From the NCBI GenBank assembly GCA_964442035.1, contig CAYTWZ010000003.1, positions 1 to 47,570 of the forward strand: 47,570 nucleotides of DNA, read 5' to 3'. Source of the DNA: an uncultured Oscillospiraceae bacterium (GTDB lineage Bacteria; Bacillota; Clostridia; UMGS1883). Below the pieces are notes generated by a model. It was not told the origin of the DNA. It saw only the letters and a list, made by a program, of their open reading frames with translations, and ran no database searches. Each line of letters starts with the position of its first letter. Position 1 is the stretch's first letter. Of this stretch, positions 30,053 through 40,456 are shown one piece after another. A program made the position numbers and the translations under genes.

Positions 30053-31303
30053 TCATCCTTCCGGGTATAAGTGTATTTTGGCTCCAACACCGGCCAGCTC
30101 TCCCGCCAGATTCCTGTAGCCCCGGGCAATATATTGAGTTCCGGAGATTCGACTTTCGCCTTGGGCTCCCAGTGCCGCGATCACAAGTGCGGCGCCGCCC
30201 CGCAAATCCCGGGCATACAGTCCGGTTCCATGAAGTCCGCCGCCCCGGATCACAGCCTCCCTGCCGTTCACGGTTATATCCGCGCCCATGCGTCTCAGTT
30301 CGGGAACAATCTTAAAGCGGCTTTCGAATATATTTTCGATCATTACGCTCTGCTCACGGCTGCAGGCCATGACGGCCATTACCTGTGACTGACAGTCCGT
30401 GGGAAAGCCCGGGTACACCCCGGTGCGCACCTGACCAAGGGATCGTATCACATCCGGCGCTTTGATGGACAGTCCTCCGTCACACCAGCTTATTTCTCCG
30501 CCGCAGCGTGAGAGTATGCGGGCGGTCTCCTCCACATGAGGCCGGATAATGTTTTCCAACTCCAGTCTGCCTCCGGCTGCCATGACAGCGCACATATAGG
30601 TGGCCGCCACGATCCTGTCAGGCATGATGCTGTACTCGCAGCCCCCTAACGCTCTGCCTCCGTCAACGCGCAGCATATCACTGCCTGCGCCGAATATCCT
30701 TGCACCCATGGCTGTCAAAAACCGGCACAGATCCACAATTTCCGGCTCACGGGCAGCATTGCTGACGGTCGTGATGCCGTCCGCCGCAACAGCCGCCAAA
30801 ATCACGTTTTCGGTAGCGCCCACACTGGGGAAATCAAGGTAAACATTGGCAGGCTGCGGCCTGCCCTTGGCGTAAATCACGCCGTTTTCGGTTTTTACCG
30901 ACACACCCATGGCCTTAAGGGCCTTGATGTGGATGTCGATAGGACGGCTTCCCAGCTTGCAGCCTCCGGGCATAGGCAGCACAGCCTCCCCGAAACGCCC
31001 CGCCAAAGCGCCCAAAAAATTCACCGAGCTTCGCATATCCCCCGCTCCCGGATCTATGCGGGCGTCGGAAGCAAAGCATGGGTTGATTATTATCCCGTCA
31101 CCCTCATGAGCCACCTTGCAGCCAAGGCGGCGGAGAATTTCCACAGTATAGCTCACGTCACTGAGACGGGGACAGTTTTTAAGCTGCACAACTCCGCCGC
31201 TCAAGACGCTGGCGGCCAATATGGGCAAAACAGCGTTTTTTGCACCGTACACCCTAAGCCTTCCGTCAAGGGGATTTTTGCCCGTAACTATGTAGTCCTC
31301 CAT
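30053..31303 (-). CDS. murA: UDP-N-acetylglucosamine 1-carboxyvinyltransferase
   Basis: About 416 aa, contains GAKNAVLPILAA and LPMPGGCKLGSRPID (active-site Cys loop). The ATG at 31303 has GGAGG 7 nt upstream. Confidence 0.92.
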   Translation of the reverse strand: MEDYIVTGKNPLDGRLRVYGAKNAVLPILAASVLSGGVVQLKNCPRLSDVSYTVEILRRLGCKVAHEGDGIIINPCFASDARIDPGAGDMRSSVNFLGALAGRFGEAVLPMPGGCKLGSRPIDIHIKALKAMGVSVKTENGVIYAKGRPQPANVYLDFPSVGATENVILAAVAADGITTVSNAAREPEIVDLCRFLTAMGARIFGAGSDMLRVDGGRALGGCEYSIMPDRIVAATYMCAVMAAGGRLELENIIRPHVEETARILSRCGGEISWCDGGLSIKAPDVIRSLGQVRTGVYPGFPTDCQSQVMAVMACSREQSVMIENIFESRFKIVPELRRMGADITVNGREAVIRGGGLHGTGLYARDLRGGAALVIAALGAQGESRISGTQYIARGYRNLAGELAGVGAKIHLYPEG

Positions 31304-31356
31304 CCCAGCACCTCCAAGCATTACTATGTTATAGTATGCCCCGGAGTGTGGTTTTG

Positions 31357-32445
31357 CTATTTGGATATCTTTTTTAATTCACGGTATATTGCCTCGCCGC
31401 CGTCTGTTATGCCTATTCTTTTGCTGCATCGGCACATTTCGGCAAGCGCTGCCGGGTCGGCGATAGAGGTTTCGATGGCCTTTTTAAGGGATTCCGCGCT
31501 GAGCTCGCTTTCAAGCAGCACCCTTGCCGCGCCGTTTTTTTCCAGATAGCGGGCATTGTATTCCTGATGATTGTGAGCGACATAGGGACTGGGGATAAGT
31601 ATGGACGCCTTTCCGAGGGCGTTAAGCTCACTGACTGTAATCGCGCCCGCCCGGGCTACCACCAGATCCGCCACAGCAAACATGTCCTTCATGTTGTATA
31701 TATATGGAAGTATCCGCACATTGGGCGCGGCCCCCGCTCCTTCAAGGGTGGTCATAAAGCTGTTGTAGTGCTTTTCGCCGGTGGCCGCCACAAGGTTAAA
31801 ACCGCCGAAGCCGTTTTTTATCATTTTGGAGAGAGCGTCGTTGATGTGTTCGGCTCCGAGGCTTCCGCCTATGACCAGTACTATGGGCTTGTCATCAAAG
31901 CCCAGCTCCCTGCGAACCGTCTCCGCGTCTATGTCCGAAAACAGATCCGGACGGAGGGGATTGCCTGTAAGCACCGTGTTTTTTGCCTGCATCATGTTCC
32001 TTGTCTCATCAAAGCTGATGGCAGTGACATCAGCTCTTTTGGCAAGCATTTTTATTGCAAGGCCGGGGAAAACATTCTGCTCGTGTATCAAGGTAGGTAT
32101 GCGGCGCTTAAATGCGGCCTTGACCACCGGGGCGCACACATAGCCCCCGGTTCCCACCACCGCGTCCGGCCCGAACTCATCTATTATCTTCCCGGAATCC
32201 CTAATGGAAGTAAAATAATTGACAGCGACCTTGATATTTTCGAGGGTCAGCTTGCGCCTTAGGCCCATTACCTCCACGCTTTTAATCTCAAAGCCTTCCT
32301 TGGGCACAAGCCGCTGTTCCATTCCGTTGGGGGTACCCACAAACAGCACCCGGCTGTCAGGCTCATGGGCAAGCACCACCTTGGCAATGGCCACGGCGGG
32401 ATTTATGTGACCGGCTGTGCCTCCGCCGGACAACAGTATTCGCAT
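31357..32445 (-). CDS. murG: UDP-GlcNAc:lipid I GlcNAc transferase MurG
   Basis: 362 aa, contains GGGTAGHINPA and a C-terminal HQEYNA motif. Confidence 0.93.
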   Translation of the reverse strand: MRILLSGGGTAGHINPAVAIAKVVLAHEPDSRVLFVGTPNGMEQRLVPKEGFEIKSVEVMGLRRKLTLENIKVAVNYFTSIRDSGKIIDEFGPDAVVGTGGYVCAPVVKAAFKRRIPTLIHEQNVFPGLAIKMLAKRADVTAISFDETRNMMQAKNTVLTGNPLRPDLFSDIDAETVRRELGFDDKPIVLVIGGSLGAEHINDALSKMIKNGFGGFNLVAATGEKHYNSFMTTLEGAGAAPNVRILPYIYNMKDMFAVADLVVARAGAITVSELNALGKASILIPSPYVAHNHQEYNARYLEKNGAARVLLESELSAESLKKAIETSIADPAALAEMCRCSKRIGITDGGEAIYRELKKISK

Positions 32446-32456
32446 AATATCACTCC

Positions 32457-33617
32457 CTATATTTTATTCTGAGTGTTGAAGCGTGAAATGTTCATCATTA
32501 TTCCCATGGCCGCTAAGGTAATTACCATGGACGTGCCTCCCGAGCTAAAAAATGGCAGCTGCATTCCCGTGGAAGGCAGTACCGAAAGCACGACCCCCAC
32601 ATTTACAAGTACCTGCAGGGCAATTATGGTCATAATGCCAAAGCCCAAGTACATTCCAAAGGTATCCTTTGAGGCCAGCGCTATCTGTATGCCTCTGATC
32701 ACAAGCGCGGCAAAAAGCAGTATTACCAGCGCACCGCCGATAAAGCCCAGCTCCTCACAGACAATTGCGTATATGTAGTCATTCTGTGCTTCGGGCAGGT
32801 AGCCGTACTTTTGCCTTGACTGGCCGAAGCCCACGCCGGTAAGCCCGCCTGAGCCCACGGCGTAAAGGGAATTTACGATCTGCCAGCCATCCCCCTGCTT
32901 ATCGGAGAACGGATCGATAAATATCAATAAGCGGCGAAGGCGGTAGGGTTCAAATACGGCTAACAGTCCGCCGCCCACAACAAGTACTCCGCCTAAGGAC
33001 AGGCTGTATTTTTTTGGAAGTCCGGCGGCAAGCAGCATTATAAATCCGGTGCACACTATAAGCAGCAGCGCCGAAAGGTGGCTTTGGAGTGCGCAGGCGA
33101 TTATTACTAATCCCAGACAGACGGCATACCTGATCGCGTTTTTCCAATTTGAAAGGTCACTGTGCTTCTTGCTGGACAGCAGGGCGGCAAAGTATATCAC
33201 CAAAAAGTACTTGCACACCTCTGATGGCTGAAAGCTGAACGAACCGACGGATATCTGGCGGGTAGCGCCGTGGGAAGCAAAGCCCACGATAGGCACCGCG
33301 TACATTGCCACCATTATCACACCAAACAGCATGGGCGCCCACTTGCGGTAAACGTGGTAATCTATGCGGGAAATAATTATCATAAGTACAAGTCCGATGG
33401 CCGCAAAACGTACCTGGCTGGCAAACTTGCCGTAAATATCACTTACGGAGGTATTCTGGCTTGCGGAAAAAAGCATGATGACCCCGAACGCCAGCAGAAC
33501 CACCACAAGCATAAGGAACAGGAAATCTATCCTTTCGGTGCGTCCCGGGCGAAGCATAATGTAGGATCCCAGATCTCTAAGGGGATTTTTGTCTGATGTT
33601 TTTCTTTTTCTTTTCAA
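32457..33617 (-). CDS. ftsW: SEDS-family peptidoglycan glycosyltransferase FtsW/SpoVE
   Basis: 386 aa, about 10 TM, contains LPEAQNDYIYA and GMQLPFFSSGGTS. TTG start with GGAGG 7 nt upstream. Confidence 0.88.
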   Translation of the reverse strand: MKRKRKTSDKNPLRDLGSYIMLRPGRTERIDFLFLMLVVVLLAFGVIMLFSASQNTSVSDIYGKFASQVRFAAIGLVLMIIISRIDYHVYRKWAPMLFGVIMVAMYAVPIVGFASHGATRQISVGSFSFQPSEVCKYFLVIYFAALLSSKKHSDLSNWKNAIRYAVCLGLVIIACALQSHLSALLLIVCTGFIMLLAAGLPKKYSLSLGGVLVVGGGLLAVFEPYRLRRLLIFIDPFSDKQGDGWQIVNSLYAVGSGGLTGVGFGQSRQKYGYLPEAQNDYIYAIVCEELGFIGGALVILLFAALVIRGIQIALASKDTFGMYLGFGIMTIIALQVLVNVGVVLSVLPSTGMQLPFFSSGGTSMVITLAAMGIMMNISRFNTQNKI

Positions 33618-33629
33618 TTGGCATCCTCC

Positions 33630-34577
33630 TTAAAGTCCCAAATAGGCAACAGCGCAGAGCACAGCCGTGACTGCCGAAAAAACGAACACGATTTTCGGCT
33701 CCTTCCAGCCGCACATTTCAAAATGGTGATGTATGGGCGTCATTTTAAACACTCGCTTGCCGGTTTTTTTGAACACGGCCACCTGTATAATGACGCTGAG
33801 AGTTTCAAAGAGGAACACAAAGCCCCCTATTATCAGGAAAAGCTCCAGTCCCGACGCCACAGCCGCGCAGCCCAGGGCCCCGCCCAAAAACAAGCTGCCG
33901 GTGTCACCCATAAACACCTTAGCCGGGTAAAAATTGTAGATCAAAAAGCCAACACAGGCTCCCACCGCGGCGGCCATGACCGCCGCGCACCCTGTTTCAC
34001 CGCGGTATGCGCAAGCCAGAGCGAAGAAAAGCGCCGCCACTGTGGTAACCGACGCCGCCAGTCCGTCCAGTCCGTCGGTAAGGTTGACGCTGTTGCTGGA
34101 AGCCAGCAGCACAAACATGACAAAGGGTATGTAGAACAGTCCCATATCAGGTTCCTTTCCCATAAAGGGAATAAGGGTGGAAGATCTCTCCGCTATAAAA
34201 TAAATAAACAGTGCATAGGCAAGGCTGACCAGTATCTGAGCCGCGAACTTCTGCTTGGGGGTAAGGCCCTGATTGTGCTTCTTCACCACCTTGATGTAAT
34301 CGTCCACAAAACCGATACATCCGAATAGCGCTGCCCCTGCAATGACCGCGAGAGCCTTCATATCCCGGACAAAGATCAGTCCTGACACGACAAAGCCCAG
34401 TATGATGCCTATTCCTCCCATGGTGGGAGTTCCCTGCTTTTTTGCGTGCCAGACCGGGCCGTCCTCAAGGATGCTCTGACCGAACTTCAGCCGCCGGAGC
34501 AAAGGGATCAGCAGCGGCATCACCGCCGCGGTAATTACAAAGGACACACAGGCCGCCCATATAAGCTTGTAGTTCAT
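33630..34577 (-). CDS. mraY: Phospho-N-acetylmuramoyl-pentapeptide transferase
   Basis: 315 aa, contains TPTMGG, NLTDGLDGLA and MGDTGSL motifs. Confidence 0.95.
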   Translation of the reverse strand: MNYKLIWAACVSFVITAAVMPLLIPLLRRLKFGQSILEDGPVWHAKKQGTPTMGGIGIILGFVVSGLIFVRDMKALAVIAGAALFGCIGFVDDYIKVVKKHNQGLTPKQKFAAQILVSLAYALFIYFIAERSSTLIPFMGKEPDMGLFYIPFVMFVLLASSNSVNLTDGLDGLAASVTTVAALFFALACAYRGETGCAAVMAAAVGACVGFLIYNFYPAKVFMGDTGSLFLGGALGCAAVASGLELFLIIGGFVFLFETLSVIIQVAVFKKTGKRVFKMTPIHHHFEMCGWKEPKIVFVFSAVTAVLCAVAYLGL

Positions 34578-34592
34578 CTCATGTTCCCCCGT

Positions 34593-36011
34593 TTACTTAG
34601 TATTTTCCTCGTCCTCAATTTCCCGTACAAGCTCCCTTTCGTCAAGATGAAGCTTTTGGGTCCCTATTATCTGGTATGTTTCATGACCCTTTCCGGCCAA
34701 AAGTATTATGTCGTCTTTCTCCGCCATTCCCATTGCCAGACGTATAGCCTCCCTGCGTCCCTGAACCACCGCGAACCTGTCACCCTCTATACCCTTGATT
34801 ATATCGTCGATTATCAAAGCGGGATCTTCAGTGCGGGGGTTGTCATCGGTTATTACGCAAAAGTCCGACAGCCTCGAAGCCGCCTCCCCCATAAGGGGGC
34901 GCTTGGTTTTGTCCCTGTCCCCGCCGCAGCCGAACACTGTGATTATTCGCCGCGGAGCAAATTCCCTCAGGGCGGAAAGCGCCTTCTCCAGTCCGTCCGG
35001 GGTATGGGCGTAGTCGATGTATATTTTGTATTTTCCCTTTGTGTCAAGGAGCTCCATTCTGCCCGGAACTCCCCCAAAGGTATTAAGTCCGTTAAGCACG
35101 CTTCCCGCGTCAATGCCGGCAGCCAAAGCGCCGCAGGCGGCGGCAAGGGCGTTGTACACGCTGAACCGTCCGCCGGGTGGCAGCTTTACTCTACCTATGG
35201 GGCAGTCAAAGCTTACTCCTGACGACGTTATTTCTATATTACGCGCCGCAAAATCCGCCGGAGCGTCTATCCCGTAGGTGACGGCGGAACGGGCATAGCC
35301 TTTGAAGTAAGCGGCCCACGGGTCATCGGCATTGATCACCGATATACGGCTTTGCTCCATCAGCCTTGCCTTGGCCCGGGCATAGGCCTCCATAGTTTTG
35401 TGAAAATCCAGATGATCCCTTGTAAGGTTGGTAAATACACCCACCTCAAACTCAATACCCCAGACTCTGTCTCCCGCAAGAGCGTGGCTGGACACCTCCA
35501 TCGCGCACATCCGGTCTCCCCCGTCGGCCATTTCCTTAAGCAAGGGATACAGCTCTTCGGGGCCGGGGGTTGTCTGTGACGCGGCAATATGCCTGCCCGC
35601 GGCTATGTTTTCTATTGTCCCGGCCAAGCCGCAACGGAGCCCAGAGGCCTCCGCCGCGAGGCGGAGCATATTTGTCACGGTGGTTTTTCCGTTTGTACCT
35701 GTAACGCCCAATATCCGCAGCCTCCGCTGCGGCCGGCCTAAAAAGACGCCGCAGGCCTCGGCAAAGGCCCGGCGGGAGTTTTCGACCCGGAAATATCGTT
35801 CCTCCGTAAGGGGCGCTTGCCCCACGACTGCCTCCGTCCCCTTTGATAAAGCCAGAGGAATAAAGTCATGTCCGTCGGCGTTCGCCCCCTTCATGGCGAA
35901 AAACACCGTTCCCCTGTGCGCCTCATCCGCCAGACAGGTGATCCCTGTTATCTCAGGGTCATATGCCGGGGACTTTATCTTCAGCGATCCGAAAATTTCA
36001 GATAGCCGCAA
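34593..36011 (-). CDS. murE: UDP-MurNAc-L-Ala-D-Glu:meso-diaminopimelate ligase MurE
   Basis: 472 aa with P-loop GVTGTNGKTT, DYAHTPD, GCGGDRDKTKRP and the DAP-specificity motif DDNPR. TTG start with AAGGAG upstream. Confidence 0.9.
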   Translation of the reverse strand: MRLSEIFGSLKIKSPAYDPEITGITCLADEAHRGTVFFAMKGANADGHDFIPLALSKGTEAVVGQAPLTEERYFRVENSRRAFAEACGVFLGRPQRRLRILGVTGTNGKTTVTNMLRLAAEASGLRCGLAGTIENIAAGRHIAASQTTPGPEELYPLLKEMADGGDRMCAMEVSSHALAGDRVWGIEFEVGVFTNLTRDHLDFHKTMEAYARAKARLMEQSRISVINADDPWAAYFKGYARSAVTYGIDAPADFAARNIEITSSGVSFDCPIGRVKLPPGGRFSVYNALAAACGALAAGIDAGSVLNGLNTFGGVPGRMELLDTKGKYKIYIDYAHTPDGLEKALSALREFAPRRIITVFGCGGDRDKTKRPLMGEAASRLSDFCVITDDNPRTEDPALIIDDIIKGIEGDRFAVVQGRREAIRLAMGMAEKDDIILLAGKGHETYQIIGTQKLHLDERELVREIEDEENTK

Positions 36012-36028
36012 AACAACGCTCCTTAAAG

Positions 36029-38389
36029 CTACTCTATTTCCTCATTTACAAAATTCACATATACCGTTGTTCCCTTGGTCACAAGACTTTCGGCCTCGGG
36101 GCTCTGGGATACCGCCAGATAGCTGTCGTCCAGCTGATCCTCTGTCTTGTTGCCGCTCAGGCCCAGCTCAAGTCCGACAGATGACAATAGCTCCTCCGCT
36201 TGCTTATAGGTCTTGCCTCTGACAGAGGGAACATTGACAGCGGCCTCGTTTTCTTCGGGCTCCTCAGTGTAAAGCAGCACAACGCTGTCGCTGTGAAGAT
36301 CTACTCCCGGAGAGGGGATCTGCTTTACTACAGTCTCGCCGCTTCCCTTGACAACAGCCTTCAGTCCGATAGAGGTAATATCCGCTTTGGCTTCATCCGC
36401 CTTCTTTCCTGTTACAGAGGGAACGGGAATTTTGGCCGTAGTCTCGTCCTCATCGGTATACTGAGGCTCATATCCGAGATATTTGAGGGTTTCCTCGATT
36501 ATTTTGCCTCCCACAGGAGCCGCCACCTGTCCGCCAAAGGTCATGCCGTTCATTGGCTCGTCAAGGATCACAAGGCAGACGATCTCGGGATCGTCCGCCG
36601 GGGCAAAGCCCACAAAGGACGCCACTGTAAGCCCGCTTCCCCGGGGTAGTTTTTCACTTGTACCGGTCTTGCCGCCTATGCGGTAGCCCTTTACATAGGC
36701 TCCGCTGCCGCCGCCCTCGGACACTACCTTTTCCAGCACGTCGCGCATGGTGTCGCTTGTCTGTTGGGAGATCACACGGCGCACCACCACAGGATCCACA
36801 GTCTCCAGAATGTTGCCGTCGCTGTCGGTATACGCTTTGACAATGTGCGGTTCCATAAGATAGCCCCCGTTGACCACGGCGCTCACAGCCCGCACCATCT
36901 GTAACGGCGTGACCGTAAAGGACTGTCCGAATGCACTGGTGGCAAGCTGAACAGGCCCGAGTCCGTTCAAATCATAATAGTAGCCAACCGTCTCGCCGGG
37001 GATAAGAAAGTTTGTTTTTTCCGTCAGGCCAAAAGCCTCAAAATATTTGTAAAAGTTTTTAGCCCCGAGGCGGGCGCCGACCTCCATAAACACAGGATTG
37101 CACGAGTTTTTGATACCGTCCACAAATGTCTCTGAGCCGTGGCCGCCCTCCTTCCAGCAATGAATGAGGGTATCCGACACCGTCTTGGATCCGGTGCAGA
37201 CAAAGGTGTCGTCAAGCGACACCACGTCCTCCTCCAAAGCGGCGGAAGCCGTCACCGTCTTAAATGTGGAGCCGGGCTCGTAGGTGTCCACAACAGCCTT
37301 ATTGCGCCACATTTTGGTTCTGACCTCAGCGTATGCCTCATCATAGGTCATTTCCTTGATGTCCTCGTCGCCCTTTTCCGCTTCTCCGTCGGCAATGCGC
37401 TGCTGTGCTTCGGCATATTCAGCGTTGTGTTTGTTCATTACCTTATCCACCTGTGCCAAAAGCGAGGGGTCCGTAATTTCGTTATAATTGCCAAGGTCGT
37501 ATGACGGTGCCACGGCCATAGCGTAAATTTCGCCGGTTTTGGGGTTCATCACAATTGCCGCGCCCCCGTTGCCCAGCTTGTTTTCCTCATAAGCTGTCTG
37601 CAAATGATTTTCAACGATCTGCTGAATGGTCTTATCTATAGTAAGTATTACATTGTTGCCGTCCTTTGCGGCCTCGTAGGTTTCGTACTTAAAGGGCATT
37701 TCTCCGTTTCCGGCGCTTTTGGCCGAAATTATCCGTCCGGCAGTGCCGCTGAGCTCGTCGTCAAGAATGTTTTCCAGCCCCTCCAATCCCTGACCGTCCT
37801 TTCCCACAAAGCCGATAAGGTGACACGCAAGACTTCCGTTGGGGTAATACCGCTTTGTATCGCCGGTAAACTCGATCCCCACAAGATCCTTTTCACGAAC
37901 CTTGTCGGCTATGCTTTTTTCCACGTTGGCCTTTACCTCGATAAAGACCCTGTCTGTCTTGGCCAGCTGAGTTCTCAGCCATTCCTCCGACACTCCCAGC
38001 TCCGTTGTAAGGGTAGCTACGACCTTTTCAGTCAGGTTGATGTCGGGGAATTCACCTGCGGCGGTACCTTCCTTTTTGGCCTTTTCCTCCGCCTTGGCTT
38101 TATCCTCCCTTGCCTTTTCCTCGGTCTGGTGTATCAGCTTTGGGTTGATAGATATCCTTTCGGCTGTGCCGCTCGTGGCCAGCACATTCATGTTCCGGTC
38201 ATAAATATCCCCTCGCTTAGAGGCTATCTTATTGTCGCGAGTCTGCTGCTCCTCGGCCTCTGCCTTAAGCTTTGGCCCTTGGATAAACTGCCTTACACCC
38301 AATACTACTATCAGTCCCACGAACAAAAGCATACACAATGTCATAAGCAAGCGCATCCGGTTTTTTATCTCGACTTTTCCCTTTTTCAT
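36029..38389 (-). CDS. Class B penicillin-binding protein (FtsI/SpoVD/PBP2B-like) with two C-terminal PASTA domains
   Basis: Transpeptidase motifs STFK, SCN and KTGT, an N-terminal transmembrane anchor, and two PASTA-like repeats (VPSVTGKK..., VPSVRGKT...). The ATG at 38389 has AAGGAG 6 nt upstream. The ORF-track start at 38407 is a TTG. Confidence 0.9.
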   Translation of the reverse strand: MKKGKVEIKNRMRLLMTLCMLLFVGLIVVLGVRQFIQGPKLKAEAEEQQTRDNKIASKRGDIYDRNMNVLATSGTAERISINPKLIHQTEEKAREDKAKAEEKAKKEGTAAGEFPDINLTEKVVATLTTELGVSEEWLRTQLAKTDRVFIEVKANVEKSIADKVREKDLVGIEFTGDTKRYYPNGSLACHLIGFVGKDGQGLEGLENILDDELSGTAGRIISAKSAGNGEMPFKYETYEAAKDGNNVILTIDKTIQQIVENHLQTAYEENKLGNGGAAIVMNPKTGEIYAMAVAPSYDLGNYNEITDPSLLAQVDKVMNKHNAEYAEAQQRIADGEAEKGDEDIKEMTYDEAYAEVRTKMWRNKAVVDTYEPGSTFKTVTASAALEEDVVSLDDTFVCTGSKTVSDTLIHCWKEGGHGSETFVDGIKNSCNPVFMEVGARLGAKNFYKYFEAFGLTEKTNFLIPGETVGYYYDLNGLGPVQLATSAFGQSFTVTPLQMVRAVSAVVNGGYLMEPHIVKAYTDSDGNILETVDPVVVRRVISQQTSDTMRDVLEKVVSEGGGSGAYVKGYRIGGKTGTSEKLPRGSGLTVASFVGFAPADDPEIVCLVILDEPMNGMTFGGQVAAPVGGKIIEETLKYLGYEPQYTDEDETTAKIPVPSVTGKKADEAKADITSIGLKAVVKGSGETVVKQIPSPGVDLHSDSVVLLYTEEPEENEAAVNVPSVRGKTYKQAEELLSSVGLELGLSGNKTEDQLDDSYLAVSQSPEAESLVTKGTTVYVNFVNEEIE

Positions 38390-38495
38390 AGGCTTCTCCT
38401 TACTCAAAAACTCTTTCCGAATAAAACAACAAGCGGAGAGGGGACTTTTCCCCCTCCCCGATATGCACTCCCTCGCAATACAGCTTACTTACTTA

Positions 38496-38969
38496 TCAAT
38501 AAAAATATTCCGCTATGGCGGCAACTTTATTGAAAAACGCTCTTATTCCGCTGTTGCTGTTGTCCTCTGCCAGGATCTCGCCGCTGTCGGCGCTGTCCAG
38601 CTCAATATATACGATCTGCTCCTTCCCCGGCTTGTAAAGACCGATCTCGGCCGCCTGCTCCTCTGTAGCGGCAAATGCTGCCGCCCCCTCCGCCTTGGAG
38701 GAAAGCTGCTCGACCTGTGACTCCAGGCTGCTGAGCTGGTCTTTCTTCTCGCTCAGGGTCTTATAGCTGGTGTTAAGGTTCGCCATAAGAGTCAATACCG
38801 CCAGCGCCATCATTGATACGGCAATGACGCTTACAAATATTGCCGCCTTCTGCTCCCCGGTTATGCCCCGGCGTCTTGGCCGGTGTTTCGGGCGGGAGAC
38901 CCTTTGGGGCTTTTCTTCTTCATAGGTATAAGCTTCTTTTAACGCGCCGGAGCCATCGTTTTCGTACAT
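38496..38969 (-). CDS. ftsL: FtsL-like septum formation protein (bitopic, coiled-coil)
   Basis: 157 aa with a basic cytoplasmic N-terminus, a single transmembrane helix (AAIFVSVIAVSMMALAVLTLM) and then a heptad-like region. It holds the canonical position between rsmH and the PBP. Confidence 0.65.
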   Translation of the reverse strand: MYENDGSGALKEAYTYEEEKPQRVSRPKHRPRRRGITGEQKAAIFVSVIAVSMMALAVLTLMANLNTSYKTLSEKKDQLSSLESQVEQLSSKAEGAAAFAATEEQAAEIGLYKPGKEQIVYIELDSADSGEILAEDNSNSGIRAFFNKVAAIAEYFY

Positions 38970-38987
38970 CTTATCATCCCAATACTT

Positions 38988-39923
38988 TTAATCTGATATT
39001 TTTTCCACCGCGCGGAGCTTGCTGCTTCGGGCGCGGGGGTTTTTGGTCAGTTCCTCCCTGTCGGGAACGATCGGCTTGCGGGTCAGCACCTTGACCTGAC
39101 GCACCCCGCCGCATACGCACACGGGGAAGTCCTTGGGACAGGTGCAGCCTCTTTCAAGCTCGGCAAAGGCGGTTTTGACAATGCGATCCTCAAGGCTGTG
39201 AAAGGTGATCACCGCCATACGTCCGCCCTTTTTAAGGGCTGAAACGCCTGCGCGGACTGCTCCGTCAAGTATTTCCAGTTCGCCGTTGACCTCTATCCTT
39301 ATGGCCTGAAAGGTTCGCTTTGCCGGATGTGGCCCATCCTTGCGGGCGCCGGCCGGGATAGCCGCCTTGATCACATCCACCAGCTGGAATGTGGTGGATA
39401 TGGGCGCCTCCTGTCTGCGCTTTACTATAAAATCGGCTATCCTCGACGCCCAGCGTTCTTCTCCGTACCGGCTTATCACCCGAAAAAGCTCTGCCTCGGA
39501 ATACCCGTTGACCACATCATAGGCGGTCTTTTCCGCCGAAAGGTCCATTCTCATATCAAGGGGCGCATCGTGCATATAGGAAAACCCCCGCTCCGGAACG
39601 TCCAGCTGCGGCGATGACACGCCAAGATCCGCCACTATTCCGTCGGGCTTGTCCGCCCCAAGTGTCTTAAGTATATTTTCAATGTTGCCGAAATTGTCGT
39701 GTACCGGAATAAATCTGTCGCCGTATTCCTTAAGTCTTTCCCGGCCGGCCTCGATAGCTGCCATGTCCCTGTCGATGCCTATCACGCGCCCGCCCCGCTG
39801 AAGTATCAGCAGGGAATGTCCTCCGCCCCCAAGGGTAAAGTCCACGTACAGCCCGTCCTTTTTTACCGAAAGCTGGTCTACGGTTTTTTCGGCCAGTACC
39901 GTAATATGCTCAAATCCGCTCAT
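38988..39923 (-). CDS. rsmH: 16S rRNA (cytosine1402-N4)-methyltransferase RsmH
   Basis: [18 protein letters not shown]..., [10 protein letters not shown], and [10 protein letters not shown]. The start is 1 nt after the mraZ stop. Confidence 0.93.
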   Translation of the reverse strand: MSGFEHITVLAEKTVDQLSVKKDGLYVDFTLGGGGHSLLILQRGGRVIGIDRDMAAIEAGRERLKEYGDRFIPVHDNFGNIENILKTLGADKPDGIVADLGVSSPQLDVPERGFSYMHDAPLDMRMDLSAEKTAYDVVNGYSEAELFRVISRYGEERWASRIADFIVKRRQEAPISTTFQLVDVIKAAIPAGARKDGPHPAKRTFQAIRIEVNGELEILDGAVRAGVSALKKGGRMAVITFHSLEDRIVKTAFAELERGCTCPKDFPVCVCGGVRQVKVLTRKPIVPDREELTKNPRARSSKLRAVEKISD

Positions 39924-39924
39924 A

Positions 39925-40401
39925 TTACAGCCTCTGCTTGTCCAACTCCTCCGCCGCGGCCTCAAGGCTCATAGCGTCGTTGCTGTTGTAATTATCCCAC
40001 CGCTGGGCGTCCCATATTTCGATATGGTTACCCACGCCGACAATGGCGACCTCTTTTGTAAGGTCAGCATACTTCCTGTGCTGAAGGGAGATCAATATCT
40101 TCCCCTGCTTGTCAGGCTCGGGCCTGTCCGCGCCGGGAAGAAAGATCCTCTGCATATAACGGGCGGAGGGATTGGTTTCGGGCAAAGCCTTGACCTTTGC
40201 GCTGAACCGCTTCCAGTGCTCCCTGTCGTATATGCTGAGGCAGCCATCGTACCCCCTTGTGACATAAAAGCCCTCGCCCAATTCCTCACGGTATTTCGCG
40301 GGCAGAGTGATGCGGCCCTTAGTGTCCATGTTGAAGCGATACTCGCCTAAAAATTCTTTCTCTTCTTCTGTCTCAACAGAGATGTCGATCTGCTCATCCA
40401 T
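39925..40401 (-). CDS. mraZ: Transcriptional regulator MraZ
   Basis: 158 aa with two SpoVT/AbrB-like halves ([14 protein letters not shown] and [14 protein letters not shown]). First gene of the dcw cluster. Confidence 0.92.
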   Translation of the reverse strand: MDEQIDISVETEEEKEFLGEYRFNMDTKGRITLPAKYREELGEGFYVTRGYDGCLSIYDREHWKRFSAKVKALPETNPSARYMQRIFLPGADRPEPDKQGKILISLQHRKYADLTKEVAIVGVGNHIEIWDAQRWDNYNSNDAMSLEAAAEELDKQRL

Positions 40402-40420
40402 GTACGCTCACCGCCCTTTC

Positions 40421-40449
40421 TTGCACAAAGTTGCACAAAGTTGCATCTA
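40421..40449 (-). promoter_or_regulatory. Three 10-bp-phased direct repeats in the mraZ leader (putative MraZ operator)
   Basis: The plus strand reads TTGCACAAAG TTGCACAAAG TTGCATCTA. The minus strand reads GATGCAACTTT GTGCAACTTT GTGCAAG. The repeats sit between the predicted -10 and the mraZ RBS. Confidence 0.55.
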
Positions 40450-40456
40450 TGGGTTT

